From positions 1 through 47,919 of the IMG/VR virus record IMGVR_UViG_3300038315_001939: 47,919 bases of DNA; one strand, written 5' to 3'. A program made the translations under genes and the position numbers. The stretch comes from a virus (lineage: Duplodnaviria; Caudoviricetes). Positions 44,227 to 47,919 of this stretch are shown here, in pieces (positions within the stretch are counted from its first letter, which is position 1; each line of letters begins with the position of its first letter). The notes under the pieces were generated by a model. The model did no database searches and was not told the origin of the DNA. It saw only the letters and a program-made list of their open reading frames with translations.

Positions 44227-44687
44227 TGCGAAATATCTTCAAGCTCGTCACTGGCGCTATCACCGGCGGCGGCATGATCTGGTGGATTGCTGGTGGGGTG
44301 GCATTTCTGATTGCTGCGGTCGGTGTGCAGACCATTCGCCTTGATGGCGCGCAGGCACGGATTGAGGCGGAGCAAATGCGGTCGGTGCGATGGCGCGATG
44401 CCAGTATCGAAAACATGGAAACGATCAATCGGCTGCGGTTGGCCGGAGCCCGGATCGAGCGGGCATTGGCCGACGAGCGCGACCGGCGATCCGGGTTGGA
44501 AGCCAGGTATCGCACTTTGATGGAGGGGGTGAATGATGCGCCGAATGATGGTTGTGTCGGGCCTGCTGTACGCGGCCTTTTTGACCGGTTGCGGGACGAC
44601 GCCGGAACCGATCTGGACAACGGAATATATCGAGGCGACCGTGCCGAGGGCCTTAACCGACTGCAAGCCCGTTCCGGCGATTCCTGA
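44223..44687 (+). CDS. Inner-membrane spanin (Rz-like)
   Basis: N-terminal TM plus coiled coil; ATGA overlap with the endolysin. Confidence 0.75.
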   Translation: MMRNIFKLVTGAITGGGMIWWIAGGVAFLIAAVGVQTIRLDGAQARIEAEQMRSVRWRDASIENMETINRLRLAGARIERALADERDRRSGLEARYRTLMEGVNDAPNDGCVGPAVRGLFDRLRDDAGTDLDNGIYRGDRAEGLNRLQARSGDS

Positions 44688-44814
44688 TCCGCCCGTTACC
44701 GATAAAAAGGTTGGCCGGTATATCGTCGATCTGATTGATGCGCATGATGATTGCTATGGCAAAAACCGCAAGATCGGTGCGTTGTTCGGCCCGGATATGT
44801 ATCTCGGGCCGTAA
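44533..44814 (+). CDS. Outer-membrane spanin lipoprotein (Rz1-like)
   Basis: Lipobox LTGC, Pro-rich, overlaps Rz in another frame. Confidence 0.82.
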   Translation: MMRRMMVVSGLLYAAFLTGCGTTPEPIWTTEYIEATVPRALTDCKPVPAIPDPPVTDKKVGRYIVDLIDAHDDCYGKNRKIGALFGPDMYLGP

Positions 44815-45140
44815 TCCGTGAATATGTTCCTATATAAAGAACGTATATTGAAGGTCTGGCGTAATCACTTGTATCCTGTGCATCCCGAATGGAGGTAAAG
44901 GATATGAGTGATTGCAGGTTCCTGGCATGGTTTGATATTTTTAGGTGTTGCAGTCGGTTTCAACGTGTGTCTGCGGAGTTTTCTGGTGAAAACTGGTAGT
45001 CTAGGCTGCGGTGATATTATATTTCAGAGGCAAACAATGCCGCCATAATTCTAGTTATATTTGGCATAGATGACAGGGAATTATTGAGAGGATATAGTAA
45101 GAGGGGAAGTGTATTCTTTCTCTGTTTGATTGGTGTGTTT

Positions 45141-45974
45141 ATGGCAAAATTTCCCAACATAATTGTAGCCTCACCTTCTCGACGCTATCCTGCAGTTGGT
45201 GCCTGCATTTATTGTGGAACTCGTGCCGGAAAACTGAACGACGAACACATTATCCCTTTTGCAATTGGCGGCAACGCCCTTGTTTTACCGGCAGCTAGCT
45301 GCCGCAAGTGCGAAATTGATAATAACAAGATTGAGGGCCCAATGCACCGTCGGCAACTTCAACCACTAAGGGTTGTTCTGAACTTGCCGACTAGACGGCC
45401 CAGTAGTAGATCGGGTCAGCTACCTGTGGGGTTATCTAAATTCACGACATTTAATCCTGGTGAGACCGCTGTTTCACTTGGTGAGGCTTCAATCCTATCT
45501 GAAAATTTTCCGCTGTTGTTCTGTGGTCTCCTTCTCGACAAACCCGGCATTCTGTTAAACTTACCACTGGGAACCCCACTTAAATGGGATTCCATCATCA
45601 GACTCTGTTACGACCCTTCGCGGAGTCCATTTGTTGGTGAAGCTAATGCGGTTAGGTTAGGAGAATTTAATCCATATTTGTCTGCGCAATATCTAGCGCG
45701 AATAGCTTATGCATACGCTGTAGCAGAAAAAGGGTTAACTATGTTCCAACCCTTGGTTCTTGACCTAATCAAGGGAAAAACAAAATATTTCCGTCATTGG
45801 GTTGGGGGGGATTTGGAAATCCCGGATGCAGCCCCGGATAGGCTACATTCCATCTCACATGGATGGGAAATTATTAATGGTGTTCGCTATTTGGTAGTTA
45901 AACTTAGACTGTTCAGCTTCTTAGCTACGCCAGTTTACTATGTTGTTGTTGGTCAAGATCTTGGAGAAGAGTAA
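45141..45974 (+). CDS. AT-rich cargo protein with N-terminal HNH nuclease domain
   Basis: CIYCG...DEHIIPFAIGG...SCRKCE.DNN. Confidence 0.8.
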   Translation: MAKFPNIIVASPSRRYPAVGACIYCGTRAGKLNDEHIIPFAIGGNALVLPAASCRKCEIDNNKIEGPMHRRQLQPLRVVLNLPTRRPSSRSGQLPVGLSKFTTFNPGETAVSLGEASILSENFPLLFCGLLLDKPGILLNLPLGTPLKWDSIIRLCYDPSRSPFVGEANAVRLGEFNPYLSAQYLARIAYAYAVAEKGLTMFQPLVLDLIKGKTKYFRHWVGGDLEIPDAAPDRLHSISHGWEIINGVRYLVVKLRLFSFLATPVYYVVVGQDLGEE

Positions 45975-46327
45975 AAGACACCACCTCATTCAGTATTGAG
46001 ACAATATCGTTCCAACTTACATTATATTCAAGAGATGCCATTCGTTAATGGTGCGGGCTAACTGCGTCAGTGAAATTTTGATATCCAGTATTGATCGGCC
46101 TCTTTTTCGGAGGGGGGGGGCTTGATTTAATCTGCATCCTCGTCGGTTCGCAAACTGCCGAGGCCTTTTGTTTAAAAGGTCGCTTTTCAATGCGAGTTTT
46201 GGTCGATTTTGTGTTTGTGGTCGGGCAAGATTGTTAGACACCGGGTGTGTAACTCTTTGAAATCAAATACCGTGAACAAATCGGGAAAACTGTCTAACGG
46301 CCTATAATTTCAAAGTAAATCACACAC

Positions 46328-46373
46328 ACTTCTAATCTGTAGGTTGCAGGTTCGAGTCCTGCAGGGATCGCCA
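46328..46373 (+). repeat. att core: 3' half of tRNA-Arg(TCT)
   Basis: Anticodon loop CTTCTAA, T-arm GCAGG-TTCGAGT-CCTGC, acceptor strand AGGGATC-G-CCA; the 5' half is absent. Confidence 0.88.
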
Positions 46374-46649
46374 TTTTTCTTTATGTTTTTCAGTATGTTG
46401 CGAGTTTCCTCGTCTTTGTGGATTGGGGTCGCTAGTCACTTTGGCTGCTGCGCCGGCCTCATGGCCGGTGATCGCGCCGATTTCGATCCATTCATGGTTC
46501 CATTTCGCGCAGGCGCGTTATCGCGGGATGCTCCCGTCATGGGGGAATCTTTGATGAGGTTGGTGGTGCGATGGCGGCCCGCATGAATTTGCACAAAGGC
46601 CGCTGCGTCAAACGGCTAGCCCTTGGGGGCTGTGGGCAATGCGGTGTCT

Positions 46650-47321
46650 TTATCTGTTCAACAGTATACTGGCATATGCCTGACGTTCGCTACGCAGCTC
46701 TTCATTCGCAGCAATCAAGCTGTTTGCAATATTCTCAATTGCTTCCAGGGTTTCGGCGGGGGAAGTAGTAGTGGTGTATTTTTGTTCACCAAGCGGCTTT
46801 GTTTTCTCGACGATTTCCTTTGCGGCATCTCGCAGCGATCTAGGAAAATCGGTATTGGCCGCGATGGTCTGTGCTTGATTGCTGTGAGAGACAGCCCCTT
46901 TGACGTCAACTCTGATGTTGTTCCAGTTGTTCTCGACTTTGCCGCTTTCGGCGTAAGGAGTTGCTAAGAGTGTCTTGCGGGCTTTTCCAATATGTTCCTG
47001 TGCGTCTTTGATGGTTCTGTCAGTAACGCGCAAAAGCCTGTCCACAGGGTCGAGTTCGCGATTAACGGCGTCCTCGCGATTTGCCTGAATATGTTCGCGG
47101 GTCGACAAAATAACAAATATACCGCCCATGAGCCCCAATCCGCCCGCCAAAACCGTCTCCCATTGAAATTTGACCCACATGGAGCAGAACATATTGCCAA
47201 TTGGTCTACATGATTGATCGATAATCAGTCCAGCGGCGGAGAAAGCGGCGCTCGCAATGAAGGCGGCGGGTAAAGGCCACCACTTTTTGAGTTTTTGAGT
47301 GTACAATTTCACTATGGTCAA
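46650..47321 (-). CDS. Membrane protein 4 (W[EQ]TL family), outside the att
   Basis: FQWETVLAGGLGLMGGIFVILSTREHIQA; TTGA overlap with the higA stop. Confidence 0.75.
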   Translation of the reverse strand: MTIVKLYTQKLKKWWPLPAAFIASAAFSAAGLIIDQSCRPIGNMFCSMWVKFQWETVLAGGLGLMGGIFVILSTREHIQANREDAVNRELDPVDRLLRVTDRTIKDAQEHIGKARKTLLATPYAESGKVENNWNNIRVDVKGAVSHSNQAQTIAANTDFPRSLRDAAKEIVEKTKPLGEQKYTTTTSPAETLEAIENIANSLIAANEELRSERQAYASILLNR

Positions 47322-47641
47322 CTCGCCGCCCGCTCCGGCGGATACACAGTTTGCGGTTGCCAGTCGGCTTCGGCCTGTTCGCCGTCCCAGGCATCAACCG
47401 ATGCCTGAAGGTTCACCCAGAACAGTGTGGTGGTGCCAAGCGTTTTGGCGATGCGCGCGGCCAGCGGGGCGTCAATACGGGCATGGCCGTTGATGATGCG
47501 GCTCAGGTGTTTTTCGCTGATTTCGACATCGTCGGCGAAATGCTTTTGCAGGATTTTGCGCGGGACAAGGTAATGTTCGCGCAGGATCACGCCCGGATGG
47601 GTCGGGCGGCGATTGCGGCGAAGCGGTCGGGGTGCGTTCAT
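47318..47641 (-). CDS. higA: HigA family antitoxin
   Basis: PTHPGVILREHYL, XRE HTH, FWVNLQ. Confidence 0.92.
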   Translation of the reverse strand: MNAPRPLRRNRRPTHPGVILREHYLVPRKILQKHFADDVEISEKHLSRIINGHARIDAPLAARIAKTLGTTTLFWVNLQASVDAWDGEQAEADWQPQTVYPPERAAS

Positions 47642-47919
47642 CAGTGATAATCCTCCAGATCAAGGATCACGATATCCTTGCCGTCCCATGTAAAGGTGAT
47701 GCGCCAGTTTCCCGAAACACTCATGGCATATTGCCCGGCACGATTGCCGATCAGCGGATGAAATTTCCGAACCCCCATGCAGTCGGCGAGATCGGCGATG
47801 CCATCAAGATGATCAAGGATCAGCAGGGCGTTTTTCTGGAAACGTTTGTCAACATAGCGCGACTGTCCGTTTTCAAACAGTTCGCGCATGCCCCTGTGCT
47901 TGATATCCCTGATCGGCAA
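47641..47919 (-). CDS. higB: HigB (RelE-like) toxin
   Basis: IKHRGMRELFE; HPLIGNRAGQYAMSVSGNWRITF...DYH; toxin-first order. Confidence 0.92.
   Translation of the reverse strand: MPIRDIKHRGMRELFENGQSRYVDKRFQKNALLILDHLDGIADLADCMGVRKFHPLIGNRAGQYAMSVSGNWRITFTWDGKDIVILDLEDYH

Larger units (their letters stand above)
1..46373. mobile_element. Temperate prophage (lambda-like head and cos, Mu-like contractile tail) integrated at tRNA-Arg(TCT)
   Basis: Integrase at the left edge; complete immunity, replication, head, tail and lysis modules; 3' tRNA fragment at the right end. The left att lies outside the window. Confidence 0.93.

Noticed and set aside
44826-44843. LexA box upstream of the right-end cargo
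   Set aside because: GTTC and GAAC are inverted and spaced by 10 nt, which does not fit the alphaproteobacterial GTTC-N7-GTTC direct repeat.
46112-46120. G9 homopolymer as a phase-variation tract
   Set aside because: Not within a credible gene or promoter.
46290-46373. Intact tRNA gene
   Set aside because: The D-arm, 5' acceptor strand and 5' anticodon stem are missing; only the 3' half is present, so it is an att remnant.

Overview
The window is almost entirely one apparently intact temperate prophage, GC-rich and probably from an alphaproteobacterial host (inference from sequence style only). It runs from a tyrosine integrase at position 1 to a 3'-half tRNA-Arg(TCT) att copy at about 46328-46373. 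A short stretch of an adjacent element (higBA plus a membrane protein) follows. Gene order: int/xis; leftward early genes (C5 methyltransferase, ASCH, HD hydrolase, DUF2303-like); cI flanked by two Cro-like genes; a rightward early operon (CHC2 primase, amino-methyltransferase, P4-CI/P1-C4-like antisense RNA module, SF3 helicase, putative ori); a Q-position gene with late promoter and terminator; a lambda-type cos and head; a Mu-like contractile tail with a -1 frameshift chaperone; lysis genes; and an HNH cargo gene. The most striking signal is in the rightward early operon. Three paralogous membrane-protein cargo genes are inserted antisense, each with its own promoter-like sequence. Each is covered end to end by an open sense-strand ORF that starts on the upstream stop codon and either ends on the downstream start codon or fuses in frame with the next gene. 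A fourth paralog outside the operon lacks such a bridge ORF. All product calls come from motif recognition and synteny; no database search was run.
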